Positions 30,270 through 39,414 of a stretch of 64,000 nt of DNA are shown piece after piece. The notes below the pieces were generated by a model. It saw only the letters and a program-made list of their open reading frames with translations. It was not told the origin of the DNA and ran no database searches. Source of the DNA: Chlamydiota bacterium (GTDB taxonomy: Bacteria; Chlamydiota; Chlamydiia; Chlamydiales; RGXB01); contig VGMG01000001.1 of the NCBI GenBank assembly GCA_016866495.1, positions 69,486 through 133,485 on the forward strand, given 5' to 3'. The position numbers and the translations under genes were made by a program. Every line of letters starts with the position of its first letter. Positions within the stretch are counted from its first letter, which is position 1.

Positions 30270-30764
30270 ATGCGTTATATTTATACTGCTGTTGGTTTAG
30301 TATTTATAGGCTTAGGAATTCTCCATTTTGTTTTTAAAACAGAGCTTTTGATCCAGCCGCGCTGTAGTATTTGTAGTGCTTTACCCCAAAAAGAGCACGC
30401 CCTTGTCAATATTCGTAAACCCTCGTCGCCTATTGTGGATGGGCACTATATTCTTTTTACCCATCGACATCTAAGCAGTATTGACGAGTTTAGCGATGAA
30501 GAAAAAGAGAGTCTATTAAGCTTACTTGGCGCCATAGAAAAAAGCTATTTAAAGGAATTCGGCCTAATTGGACATACCCAGTCCCTTTCATCGTCAACAT
30601 CGGGGCACCTATATATGGATGTGATTCCTAAAAAAGGGGTGGGCTACTATCTTTTTTTTCAACTCAATAGAGTTATAAGAAATTTAACCATTAAAAGTGG
30701 CAACCTGTTTTTAGATACCCAGAATCTCGTTCTGGATACGATGGAGTCAAATGAAGCCTCCTAA
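30270..30764 (+). CDS. Membrane-anchored HIT-like protein with a degenerate histidine triad.
   Basis: N-terminal TM segment. HIT-like core DGHYILFTHRH...SGHLYMDVIPKK, where the H-x-H-x-H triad reads H-L-Y-M-D. Confidence 0.4.
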   Translation: MRYIYTAVGLVFIGLGILHFVFKTELLIQPRCSICSALPQKEHALVNIRKPSSPIVDGHYILFTHRHLSSIDEFSDEEKESLLSLLGAIEKSYLKEFGLIGHTQSLSSSTSGHLYMDVIPKKGVGYYLFFQLNRVIRNLTIKSGNLFLDTQNLVLDTMESNEAS

Positions 30765-30776
30765 AAGAGGCTTTCT

Positions 30777-32471
30777 TTAAACGCCGTTGATCCCTTTTAA
30801 GTCTGTATAGAAATCTGCTCCTAAAACTAACGAGGCGGGGTGCTCTTTAGATTTTTCACTAAGAACTTTTGTTAGAATTTCCCGTTTTTCTTCCCCTAAA
30901 ACTAGAAAAAATTTGTGTTTACAGATTTTAAGCGCCTCTAGAGAAAAGGTCATCCGTTCGTGGTTTAAGCCTGGGGCCGGGATCACAAGCCGCTCTTTTT
31001 CTTCTAAAGCTAGTGAGTTCGGGAAAATAGAAAGGGTGTGACCGTCTCCACCCATTCCTAAAAGACAGACATCCAAATAGGGTTTTATTAATCTTTCATA
31101 GGCATATGCATTTGTATCGGCATCTTTTTCTGCCACCATGCGATGGATATTTTCAGGTTTTAGGGGAAGATGTTGTAATGCTTCTATTGCATTTTTGTAG
31201 TTGCTTTCGGGGCTGTCGGGGGCGACTTGTCTCTCATCCGAGAAAAATACTAAAACCTTACTCCAATCGAGATCTGCCGGTTTGAAAGAGCGGTAAAGAT
31301 CCATGGGAGTTTTTCCACCCGATAAAGCGATACGAAAAACACCTTTTTGCTTGATTGCTTTTTGCCCCTCGTAAATGATCCTTTGCTTCAGATTTAGAAC
31401 AGCATCCTCTTTGGATGAGCACTCTACGATCCTTTTAAAAGGGATTTCGCAAAGCTGTTTTAGTGCTTCTAGTTGCACCTGGTTAGTTTGATCGTACTGA
31501 AGTTGGCGCATCAGGCTGAGGCCTATTTGCAAATCATCTGTGTTGAAACTTGCCGGAGCAGAGGAACTTTCGACCCCTTTGATCGAGGTAAGAATTTTGC
31601 TAGGTTGAGTCTTATCACGTTGCAGAAGAAATGTATGGGTGGGTCCAACCATCTCAAGCTCGAGAATTTTTCCTTCCCCCAATTCTTTTACCGACTCGCC
31701 CTCTTCGATAATGGCTCTAGCTTGGTCGTAAAATATTTTAGTGCGATTGTATTGATTTGTTTTGAAAAGGGGAGTGAGTTTTCCCCAAATAGCAAGCCAT
31801 TGAGCTAAATAAAGGGCTTGAATTGGGATATCACTACACTTGTAATGGCATGGGTTGTAGCGGATCTTTAGGGTGTGGAATTTATCAATTACAGGAGCCA
31901 GTTGGGGAGCTGTTAATTCTTTGATAAGAATCTCTCTAATCGAAAAAGCCCTTGTATAACTTAAATCGCCAACGGACGCTCTTTTTGGAACTTGTTGGAT
32001 ATACTGTAAAATCAAGTCGGGATTTGTCGAATATTCTGAATCGAAAATCACCCTTGTTGCGATATTTTTGAGCGCATCGAAAAAAGGTTTATGTTCTTCA
32101 TCTTTTTGCCAAAGAACCAAAAATACATCCAATTTTGGAAGTGCAAATTTACTCAGTGAGGTCGCAAGGCGATCTTTTTGATTGGGAGTAAACTCGATCT
32201 CGATAAATTCGCAAAAACGATTAGAACCTTTGGCCGTTTCCAAAAATGTGAGTTTTGCTTTTAAAAATTCTCGATCGGCATTCGATTCCTCTTTAATAAG
32301 GACATAGCGTGAGGGATAGTCAGTAATGATATTTTTTGTAAAAGATTCCAGGTAGTAAAGATGGTCCTCGGGTTTTGCAACTACAAAAATTGTCGAGTGC
32401 CCAATGATCCTTTGCGCAGAGGAAGACAAAAGCTTGAATATGTCTCTTATTTCGATCCATTCACCAGTCAT
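30777..32471 (-). CDS. pgl: 6-phosphogluconolactonase fused to a ~330-aa N-terminal domain of unknown function (OpcA-like by gene position).
   Basis: The C-terminal third carries RIALSGGKTP, FFSDERQV and LLGMGGDGHTLSIFP (Pgl/DevB). I prefer the ATG at 32471, which forms an ATGA start/stop overlap with zwf; the track start at 32522 overlaps zwf by 55 nt. Confidence 0.8.
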   Translation of the reverse strand: MTGEWIEIRDIFKLLSSSAQRIIGHSTIFVVAKPEDHLYYLESFTKNIITDYPSRYVLIKEESNADREFLKAKLTFLETAKGSNRFCEFIEIEFTPNQKDRLATSLSKFALPKLDVFLVLWQKDEEHKPFFDALKNIATRVIFDSEYSTNPDLILQYIQQVPKRASVGDLSYTRAFSIREILIKELTAPQLAPVIDKFHTLKIRYNPCHYKCSDIPIQALYLAQWLAIWGKLTPLFKTNQYNRTKIFYDQARAIIEEGESVKELGEGKILELEMVGPTHTFLLQRDKTQPSKILTSIKGVESSSAPASFNTDDLQIGLSLMRQLQYDQTNQVQLEALKQLCEIPFKRIVECSSKEDAVLNLKQRIIYEGQKAIKQKGVFRIALSGGKTPMDLYRSFKPADLDWSKVLVFFSDERQVAPDSPESNYKNAIEALQHLPLKPENIHRMVAEKDADTNAYAYERLIKPYLDVCLLGMGGDGHTLSIFPNSLALEEKERLVIPAPGLNHERMTFSLEALKICKHKFFLVLGEEKREILTKVLSEKSKEHPASLVLGADFYTDLKGINGV

Positions 32472-33952
32472 ATAACTAAATAGTGCCCCTCTAAAAAGAC
32501 TTTTTTCATGATCTCCGGCCAAGAGCCTGCAGGGTAGAACTCATCAGCTTCTAGATTCTGTTTCTTCCATTCCTGAATGATCGGATCAAAAAGTTCCCAG
32601 CTAGCAATCAATTCATCCCGGTCTGTAAATAAGGAGCGATCTTCACTCATCGCATTAAAGATAAGTGTTTCATAGGCTTCCGGAATGGATTCACTACTGA
32701 AATAATCGTCATAATAAAAATCTAGTTTCACCGGCTTGAGGCTTGTCTTGGCCGGTACTTTAGTACGGATGATGATCGATATTCCCTCTTTAGGTTGGAT
32801 CTGGATCGATATGATATTTTGTTGTGAAGACTGGGGAAAAAGAGAAAAGGGGGCTTTTTTTAGAACGATATTTACCTCTGTATATTTCCGAGGTAAGGCT
32901 TTACCCGCGAAAAGGTAAAACGGTGTTCCACCCCAGCGGAAATTATCTACAAAAAGACGCATCCCTACAAAAGTATCGATGTTGGAATTTTTTACCCTTT
33001 CATCATCCCGGTAGCCGTGGACGGCGTCGGTGTTGATGTACCCTTTTTCATACTGAGATCTTACTATGGCATCTATTTTCTTGATGGAGCGTAGGACCTT
33101 AGATTTTTCTTGATGGATAAATTCGGCCTCATTTCTGCTTGGGGCTTCCATAGCGATAAAAGCGAGTACTTGCATCAAATGGTTTTGGCAAAAATCTCTT
33201 AAGCAGCCAACCGAATCGTAGAACTCCACGCGGTCGCCGACAACAAGATCTTCAGCAGCTACTATTTGGACAGACTCTACAAACTCTGAGGTAAAGAGGT
33301 GATCAATAAAATGGTTGGAAAAACGGAAAGCGAAAATATTTTGCACCGTCTCTTTTCCAAGATAATGGTCGATACGATAGATTTGCTCTTCAAACAGAAT
33401 TTTCTTAAGTTCTAAATCTAGAGCTAATGCAGAGGTAAGATCGGTTCCAAAAGGTTTTTCGATAATGATATTTGCAAATGAGGCACAACCCTTGTCGTGC
33501 AATAAACCAATCTCTTTGAGCTTTTGAGGAATTATAGTAAAGTAGGAGGGGGCAACAGCTAGATAAAAGGTTCGGTTCTCTTGAGTTCCGAAAGAGGGCT
33601 CTTTTTCTCCTAAGATTTTTTTTAGCGGGGAATAATCCCCATCAATATCCAGTGCAAGATAGAAGATTTTTTCGACAAATTCTCGACGCGATTTGCTGTC
33701 CCCTTTAAGGCGGGCAAATTCTAAAATTTTGTCTTCGACATATTTTCTAAATTCTTCATCTGTATTAGGTTTTCTCCCAAGACCGATGATACAAAAACGA
33801 GAGGGGAGCTTTTTATCTAAAAATAGAGCGAAAAGGGCGGGAAATATTTTCCTTTTTGCTAGATCTCCAGTAGCTCCAAAAAGGACAAAACATTGTGGTT
33901 TGGCCACGTTCTGTCGTGCTATCAGCTGGGTAAAATCCTGAGATTGAGACAT
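32468..33952 (-). CDS. zwf: Glucose-6-phosphate 1-dehydrogenase.
   Basis: FGATGDLAKRKIFPAL (NADP site) and RIDHYLGKE active-site motif; 494 aa. Confidence 0.95.
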   Translation of the reverse strand: MSQSQDFTQLIARQNVAKPQCFVLFGATGDLAKRKIFPALFALFLDKKLPSRFCIIGLGRKPNTDEEFRKYVEDKILEFARLKGDSKSRREFVEKIFYLALDIDGDYSPLKKILGEKEPSFGTQENRTFYLAVAPSYFTIIPQKLKEIGLLHDKGCASFANIIIEKPFGTDLTSALALDLELKKILFEEQIYRIDHYLGKETVQNIFAFRFSNHFIDHLFTSEFVESVQIVAAEDLVVGDRVEFYDSVGCLRDFCQNHLMQVLAFIAMEAPSRNEAEFIHQEKSKVLRSIKKIDAIVRSQYEKGYINTDAVHGYRDDERVKNSNIDTFVGMRLFVDNFRWGGTPFYLFAGKALPRKYTEVNIVLKKAPFSLFPQSSQQNIISIQIQPKEGISIIIRTKVPAKTSLKPVKLDFYYDDYFSSESIPEAYETLIFNAMSEDRSLFTDRDELIASWELFDPIIQEWKKQNLEADEFYPAGSWPEIMKKVFLEGHYLVI

Positions 33953-34060
33953 AGCAAGCTTTTTTTAAAGAGTGTTTTTTGAACCTTAAACGGTTTTGGT
34001 ATTTTGTCGCAATACCCATGAACAGCTTTAGGCCAAAAGAAAAGCTCTAGAGAAGGAGAT

Positions 34061-34486
34061 TTAGGAAAGATGTTTTTTTCTTTCCAAAAAAGTATGTAGG
34101 ATTTCTACAGCTGCAGCTTGATCAAGGTGCCCTTTTCGCTCTTTACGAGAAAACCCGTGTGATTTTAAGGACTCTTCTGCAATTCTTGAGGTCAATCTCT
34201 CGTCAATGAGGTGAATCGGTTTAGCAACTAGGAGCTCCAGATTTTTTTTGAGCTCGAGAACTTCATGGCACAATGGACTTAAAGTTCCATCCATATAAAG
34301 GGGCCAGCCTAAAGCTATCTCTTCAATATCTTTTAGATGAAGAATTTTCTCAAAGATGAGTTGTGCTGCTTTTGGAATGGGCCCTTTGTGCTCAATAGTT
34401 TCAAGCGGAAGGGCCATCGTTACTACTTTTGAGCTAATAGCAAGGCCGATTCTTTTTTTTCCGTAGTCGATCCCAAGTACACGCAT
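34061..34486 (-). CDS. ruvX: YqgF/RuvX family putative pre-16S rRNA nuclease (Holliday-junction-resolvase-like).
   Basis: MRVLGIDYGKKRIGLA N-terminus; 141 aa; sits 1 nt downstream of the pyrG stop. Confidence 0.85.
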   Translation of the reverse strand: MRVLGIDYGKKRIGLAISSKVVTMALPLETIEHKGPIPKAAQLIFEKILHLKDIEEIALGWPLYMDGTLSPLCHEVLELKKNLELLVAKPIHLIDERLTSRIAEESLKSHGFSRKERKGHLDQAAAVEILHTFLERKKHLS

Positions 34487-34487
34487 G

Positions 34488-36113
34488 CTAAAGAGCGACT
34501 TCTTCCTGTTTAAGTCTAAATTCCTGATGCACAGTTGCAGCCTCTATAAAGGAAAAAAATAGGGGATGGGGAAGGAAGACCTTGGATTGAAATTCTGGGT
34601 GAAATTGCACACCTAAATACCAGGGGTGATCTTGGATTTCTACAATCTCGGTAAGACCCGTTTCAGGATGTTTACCACTGATAATAAGTCCCGCTTGCTT
34701 TAAAGCATCTAGGTAGTCCTGATTCACTTCATACCGATGTCGGTGTCTTTCCTGTATGATATCTTTTTTGTAAATATGGCGAGCTTTGGTATTTTCGACA
34801 AGATGACAAGGGTAGCTTCCTAAACGCATAGTCCCTCCTAGCTGAGTCACATTTTTACACTCCAAAAGGCTCAATACGATGGGGCTTTTGGTATCAGGAT
34901 CCATCTCGGTGGAATGGGCATCTGAAATACCTAAAACATGACGTGCAAATTCAATCGTCATGACTTGCAATCCCAAACAGATTCCAAAACAGGGGATCTT
35001 GTGTGTACGGGCATGATGGGCCACCTGGATTTTTCCCTCAAATCCTCTTGGACCAAAACCACCCATAATAATGCATGCGTCAACTTGCGGGATCTGTCCC
35101 CCCTTTTCAAGTTTCTCCGCATCGATTTCAATAAGCTGGACTTTAGTATCTTGGTTAAGACCCGCATGATGGAGAGCCTCGAATACCGATTTGTAGGCAT
35201 CTTTATGTTCAAGGTACTTGCCCACTACCCCGATCAAAACGCTCTTTTCAAGTTTAGATTGTCTTTGGAGCAGATTTTCCCAAATCGTTACATGAGCTTG
35301 GTTGGGGGGACTTAACTTGAGAATTTGGGCCAGTAGGAGGTCAATTTGTTGCGTTTTTAGACTAATTGGAACCTCAAAAAGCCCCTGTTTGACGTCGGGC
35401 TGGTCGATCACGGCGTGGATGGGAACATTTCCAAAAAGGCTGATTTTTTTCAGGCTTTCCATAGGGACTGGCTCGTCAGAACGGCAAATTATGATATCGG
35501 GAATAATACCCACTTGGCGTAATGCGACTAAGGAATGCTGGGCAGGTTTTGTTTTTGTTTCCCCTGAACTTTTTAGGTAGGGGACATAGGTTAAATGGAT
35601 GTTACAGCAGTATTGGGGGTTTTCATATCGCATTTGGCGGATGGCTTCGAGAAAGGGGAGCGATTCAATATCGCCTACTGTTCCGCCTACTTCTATAACA
35701 GTGATATCGGTTCCCGGTTGCTGTGCTAGTTGGATACGGCGCTTAATCTCATCGGTAACATGAGGAATCACTTGGACAGTAGAGCCAAGGTAGTCCCCTT
35801 TACGCTCTTTTTGTAAAACAGTGTCCAAGATTTGACCGGCCGTAGCGTTGGATTTTTTTGAGATTTTACAATGAGTATAGCGCTCGTAATGCCCTAGATC
35901 TAGATCGGTTTCAGCTCCGTCGTCAGTAACGTAGACCTCCCCATGTTGATAAGGGCTCATGGTTCCTGGATCGACATTAAGGTAGGGGTCTAATTTGATG
36001 ATGGAAACCCTAAAACCCATGCTTTCTATGATAGAGGAAATGGAGGCGGCGATAACCCCTTTGCCTAAAGAGGAGAGGACCCCACCAGTGATAAATATAA
36101 AACGACCTTGCAT
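34488..36113 (-). CDS. pyrG: CTP synthase.
   Basis: FITGGVLSSLGKG P-loop-like N-terminus and the glutamine amidotransferase GICLGLQ cysteine. The start is placed at MQGRFIFITGG rather than the upstream track start at 36149. Confidence 0.95.
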   Translation of the reverse strand: MQGRFIFITGGVLSSLGKGVIAASISSIIESMGFRVSIIKLDPYLNVDPGTMSPYQHGEVYVTDDGAETDLDLGHYERYTHCKISKKSNATAGQILDTVLQKERKGDYLGSTVQVIPHVTDEIKRRIQLAQQPGTDITVIEVGGTVGDIESLPFLEAIRQMRYENPQYCCNIHLTYVPYLKSSGETKTKPAQHSLVALRQVGIIPDIIICRSDEPVPMESLKKISLFGNVPIHAVIDQPDVKQGLFEVPISLKTQQIDLLLAQILKLSPPNQAHVTIWENLLQRQSKLEKSVLIGVVGKYLEHKDAYKSVFEALHHAGLNQDTKVQLIEIDAEKLEKGGQIPQVDACIIMGGFGPRGFEGKIQVAHHARTHKIPCFGICLGLQVMTIEFARHVLGISDAHSTEMDPDTKSPIVLSLLECKNVTQLGGTMRLGSYPCHLVENTKARHIYKKDIIQERHRHRYEVNQDYLDALKQAGLIISGKHPETGLTEIVEIQDHPWYLGVQFHPEFQSKVFLPHPLFFSFIEAATVHQEFRLKQEEVAL

Positions 36114-36288
36114 AAAGAGATGATACCTACAGGGGTGGAATTTCGGCAAGTTTCTAAAAAAGGGTAATAAAATATTTGTGATGTTTTTATATTTATTATT
36201 TAAAGAACAGGTATTTGTAACACATAAAATATTAGAATGTATATCCTTAAAAGTGAATTAGATCCATTCATCTTGAGGAGGTTAAATC

Positions 36289-36783
36289 ATGGACATAGGA
36301 AATGCTGTTCCGGGGTTTTTTCTAGATTTTTCCAAAAGCGTTGTAGAGGTGTGTCGTGAAAAAAGAAATCCTACCAAACGAAATATGACCAAAGAAATTC
36401 AAAAGATTATCAAATTTGTATTTGAATTTTTTATGACAGGGACATTTTACTGGTTTTTGAAGCCAAAAAGCTTTTTAGAATCGAGAATAACGCTTTCTAG
36501 AGGGATCAAATCCCTAGCCTGCTTAAGCGTTTCGCGCTCCTCTTTTTTCATTGCTGTCGGCTTAGACCTTATTCTAAATAATTACTTTAATAAGGATAGG
36601 GCCCTAGCGAAATTTTTAAACCCTTGTCTGAAAATTATGGGGGTGGCCTTTATTCTCAATTCTGAAGAGGATGGGGAAAGATCATTTATGTTCGATTTGA
36701 CCCATGCCTATACAAGAAATGTTTCTATATATCTAAATAGCAAGTTTTTCCCCGATAGCCCCCCTTTATGTCTTGAATCCTAA
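36289..36783 (+). CDS. Hypothetical membrane protein.
   Basis: 164-aa ORF with 2-3 hydrophobic segments; no motif recognised. Confidence 0.4.
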   Translation: MDIGNAVPGFFLDFSKSVVEVCREKRNPTKRNMTKEIQKIIKFVFEFFMTGTFYWFLKPKSFLESRITLSRGIKSLACLSVSRSSFFIAVGLDLILNNYFNKDRALAKFLNPCLKIMGVAFILNSEEDGERSFMFDLTHAYTRNVSIYLNSKFFPDSPPLCLES

Positions 36784-36998
36784 TGCTAGATAAGTCATTT
36801 TTTGCTCTAAAAAAAGTCCCAAAATAGTTTGGACTTTTCCCTCAAAAATGGGCTATTATACTGAGTGTTTAAGTTTGACAGGTAGTAAAGCCCAAAAGCT
36901 TTTTTAAAATAGCCAGCTCTATGCAATTTTTTACTAGCTGGCATGTAAAGGGACGATCCTTTAAAAACTAAAAAAAACCTAATTTTAGTTGGTGCAAA

Positions 36999-38105
36999 AT
37001 GAAAGACAAATTACGAGTGGGTGTTTTGTTATCCGGTGGTCCAGCTCCTGGAGGACACCATGTTATTGCTACCCTTTTCGACCTTCTGGAGGATTTCGGG
37101 GAGCTCTACGGAGTTGAGCGTGGGGCAGAGGGGCTTATTGAGGGTGCAGTGCGTCTTCTTAAAAGGGAGGAGGTCGATCACTACAGAACTAAAGGGGGAT
37201 TTGACCTACTTAAAACGCGTCGCAAGAAAATTTTGCCAACAGATCTGGGTGCCATTAAAAAAACTATCGAAAGGTTTAGATTTGATGCCCTTCTATTTAT
37301 AGGGGGAGATGACACTGCTACAAACGCTTATAAATTATCAAAAGAGGTGTCTACAAGTATAATTCACGTCCCCAAAACGATAGATTATGACCTTGCCGTC
37401 CCTTCGTTTGGCTTTGATACCGCTTGTAGTCTTCTCTCCCAGCTCATTAAAAATTTGAAAGTTGATGCCAGGTCAACAGGAAAATACTATCACGTTTTAA
37501 AACTCATGGGGCGGGACACAAGTCATATTACCCTTGAATGCGCTATCAGAAGTCGGGCAAATTTTGCACTGATTACGGAAGAACTTTTAGAAAAAGAAAC
37601 TACCCTGGAACAAGTTGTGGATCAAATCCTCGATCTATTTAAAAAGAGGGGCAAGGACTACGGAGTTATTTTGATTCCGGAGGGGATTAGTTTAGCTTTA
37701 AAAGAGCTTGAAGAGGATACGGAGTTGGATCCTCATGGAAACGTGGATCTATCCGGAATGGAATCTCATATCAAATTGATGCAGTATGTCCAAAAAAAGG
37801 CAGAAAAAATAGGGATCAGATTGCCCCCTTTAAGGTTTGCAAATATGGGCTATGAAGCGCGCTGTCAAGATCCGAGCGAATTTGATTTGAACTATACAAA
37901 AAAGCTAGGGATTCGTGCTTTTCAAGCCATATTAGAAAAAAAGAGTGGCGTTATGGTCGCTGAAGATGGTGCTCATTCTATCGAAGACTATATGATTCAA
38001 GACCCGAAAAGGGGTCAGGTTGTAAAAAAGATTTCGGTAGATATAAAGGGAGCGAAATTTAGAACGTACCACCAAATGAAAGAAGCTCTAGTCCATGAAG
38101 ATTAA
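36999..38105 (+). CDS. pfp: Phosphofructokinase, probably PPi-dependent; unusually short form.
   Basis: GVLLSGGPAPGG, GGDDTATNA (Asp where ATP-PFKs have GGDGS), PKTIDYDL and LMGRDTSH motifs; 368 aa. Confidence 0.75.
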   Translation: MKDKLRVGVLLSGGPAPGGHHVIATLFDLLEDFGELYGVERGAEGLIEGAVRLLKREEVDHYRTKGGFDLLKTRRKKILPTDLGAIKKTIERFRFDALLFIGGDDTATNAYKLSKEVSTSIIHVPKTIDYDLAVPSFGFDTACSLLSQLIKNLKVDARSTGKYYHVLKLMGRDTSHITLECAIRSRANFALITEELLEKETTLEQVVDQILDLFKKRGKDYGVILIPEGISLALKELEEDTELDPHGNVDLSGMESHIKLMQYVQKKAEKIGIRLPPLRFANMGYEARCQDPSEFDLNYTKKLGIRAFQAILEKKSGVMVAEDGAHSIEDYMIQDPKRGQVVKKISVDIKGAKFRTYHQMKEALVHED

Positions 38106-39366
38106 GACGAACCAAGTAAAAGTTGGATCTGTTGTGATAGGGGGGGGCACAGCCATTAAAATCCAGTCTATGACCACCTCTAAAACAGAAGACACAGACG
38201 CTACTTTGAAAGAGATCTTAGAGCTTTATGAGGCGGGTTGTGAGATCATAAGAGTCACAGTCCAAGGGTTGAGGCAAGTTGAATCTGTCAAAGAGATTCG
38301 AAAAAGAATTCAAGAGAGGGGCTTAAATATACCCCTGGTGGCGGATATCCATTTTTTTCCAAAAGCTGCGACGAGTGTCGCCCCCTTTGTAGATAAAGTT
38401 CGAGTAAATCCGGGTAATTTTGCTATAGATTCGTTTAAAGAGCTGATCGACGTTTGTAAAAAGCATCACACAGCGATACGCGTAGGGGTGAATCACGGCT
38501 CTTTAGCTGAAGATATTCTTTACTCCTACGGAGATACACCCCTTGGAATGTGCGAGTCGGCATTCAGATTTTTGAGAATAGCCAAACAGGAATCTTTTGA
38601 TCAGATTGTTGTGTCCTTAAAGTCTTCTAATCCTCTCGTTATGATGAAAGCCTATCGTCTTTTTGTCGAAATGCAGAAAAAAGAAGAGATGTTTTGCCCT
38701 TTGCATCTTGGTGTCACAGAGGCGGGTGAGGGTATTGAGGGTCGCGTCAAAGCTGCTTTTGGGATTGGACCGCTTTTATTAGATGGAATCGGAGATACGA
38801 TCCGGGTCTCTTTAACCGAGGATGCCATACAAGAAATAGGTCCCTGTAAAATTTTGAAAAATATCCCTCCTTATCCGGGAAAGCTCGAATATACCGGGGA
38901 ATCCCAGGATGAGGCAGTGATCCATCTAGCTGGCTGGGCCGGAACGTTTTTATTAGAAAATCCTACGGAAAAGATCGAGTTAAAAACTCCTTTCGGGGAG
39001 GCATTTGACTTAGACCTTAAAGACAAAATACTGCAAGCTGCGCGTATTAAAATGACAAAAGCTGACTTTATTTCTTGCCCCAGCTGTGGAAGAACGCAAT
39101 TTAATCTACAGTCCGTCACTCGAAAAATTAAAAAAGCAACGGAGCATCTTGTTGGGGTGAAAATTGCCATCATGGGTTGTATCGTGAATGGCCCGGGGGA
39201 GATGGCTGATGCTGACTTTGGATATGTGGGTTCTAAACCGGGGTTTGTGGATCTTTATAAGAAAAACCAAAAGGTCATTTCACAAATTCATGAGTCAGAG
39301 GCTCTAGAAGCTCTCATAGGGCTGCTTAAGAGTGAAAGCGTCTGGTTTGAGCCTTTGCATGCATAA
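38095..39366 (+). CDS. ispG: 4-hydroxy-3-methylbut-2-en-1-yl diphosphate synthase.
   Basis: TIM-barrel N-terminal half (VRVNPGN, GVNHGSL), C-terminal CPSCGRT and GCIVNGPGE cluster motifs. Overlaps the PFK gene by 11 nt. Confidence 0.9.
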   Translation: MKIKTNQVKVGSVVIGGGTAIKIQSMTTSKTEDTDATLKEILELYEAGCEIIRVTVQGLRQVESVKEIRKRIQERGLNIPLVADIHFFPKAATSVAPFVDKVRVNPGNFAIDSFKELIDVCKKHHTAIRVGVNHGSLAEDILYSYGDTPLGMCESAFRFLRIAKQESFDQIVVSLKSSNPLVMMKAYRLFVEMQKKEEMFCPLHLGVTEAGEGIEGRVKAAFGIGPLLLDGIGDTIRVSLTEDAIQEIGPCKILKNIPPYPGKLEYTGESQDEAVIHLAGWAGTFLLENPTEKIELKTPFGEAFDLDLKDKILQAARIKMTKADFISCPSCGRTQFNLQSVTRKIKKATEHLVGVKIAIMGCIVNGPGEMADADFGYVGSKPGFVDLYKKNQKVISQIHESEALEALIGLLKSESVWFEPLHA

Positions 39367-39393
39367 AAAAAGGTCGCCAATGCGACCTTTTTT
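39365..39393. terminator. Bidirectional rho-independent terminator between convergent ispG and the permease gene.
   Basis: aaaaaaa-GGTCGC-caat-GCGACC-tttttt: perfect 6-bp GC-rich stem flanked by an A-tract and a T-tract. Confidence 0.75.
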
Positions 39394-39414
39394 GCTGTAG
39401 AGGCTTTCATTGTT

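Noticed and set aside
32472-32522. The upstream 17 codons of the pgl-fusion ORF, overlapping zwf by 55 nt.
   Set aside because: An in-frame ATG at 32471 makes a classic ATGA stop/start junction with zwf, so the longer form is probably not used.
36114-36149. 12-codon N-terminal extension of pyrG (MPKFHPCRYHLF).
   Set aside because: CTP synthases start just before the (I/F)FxTGGV motif. An internal Met gives the canonical N-terminus.
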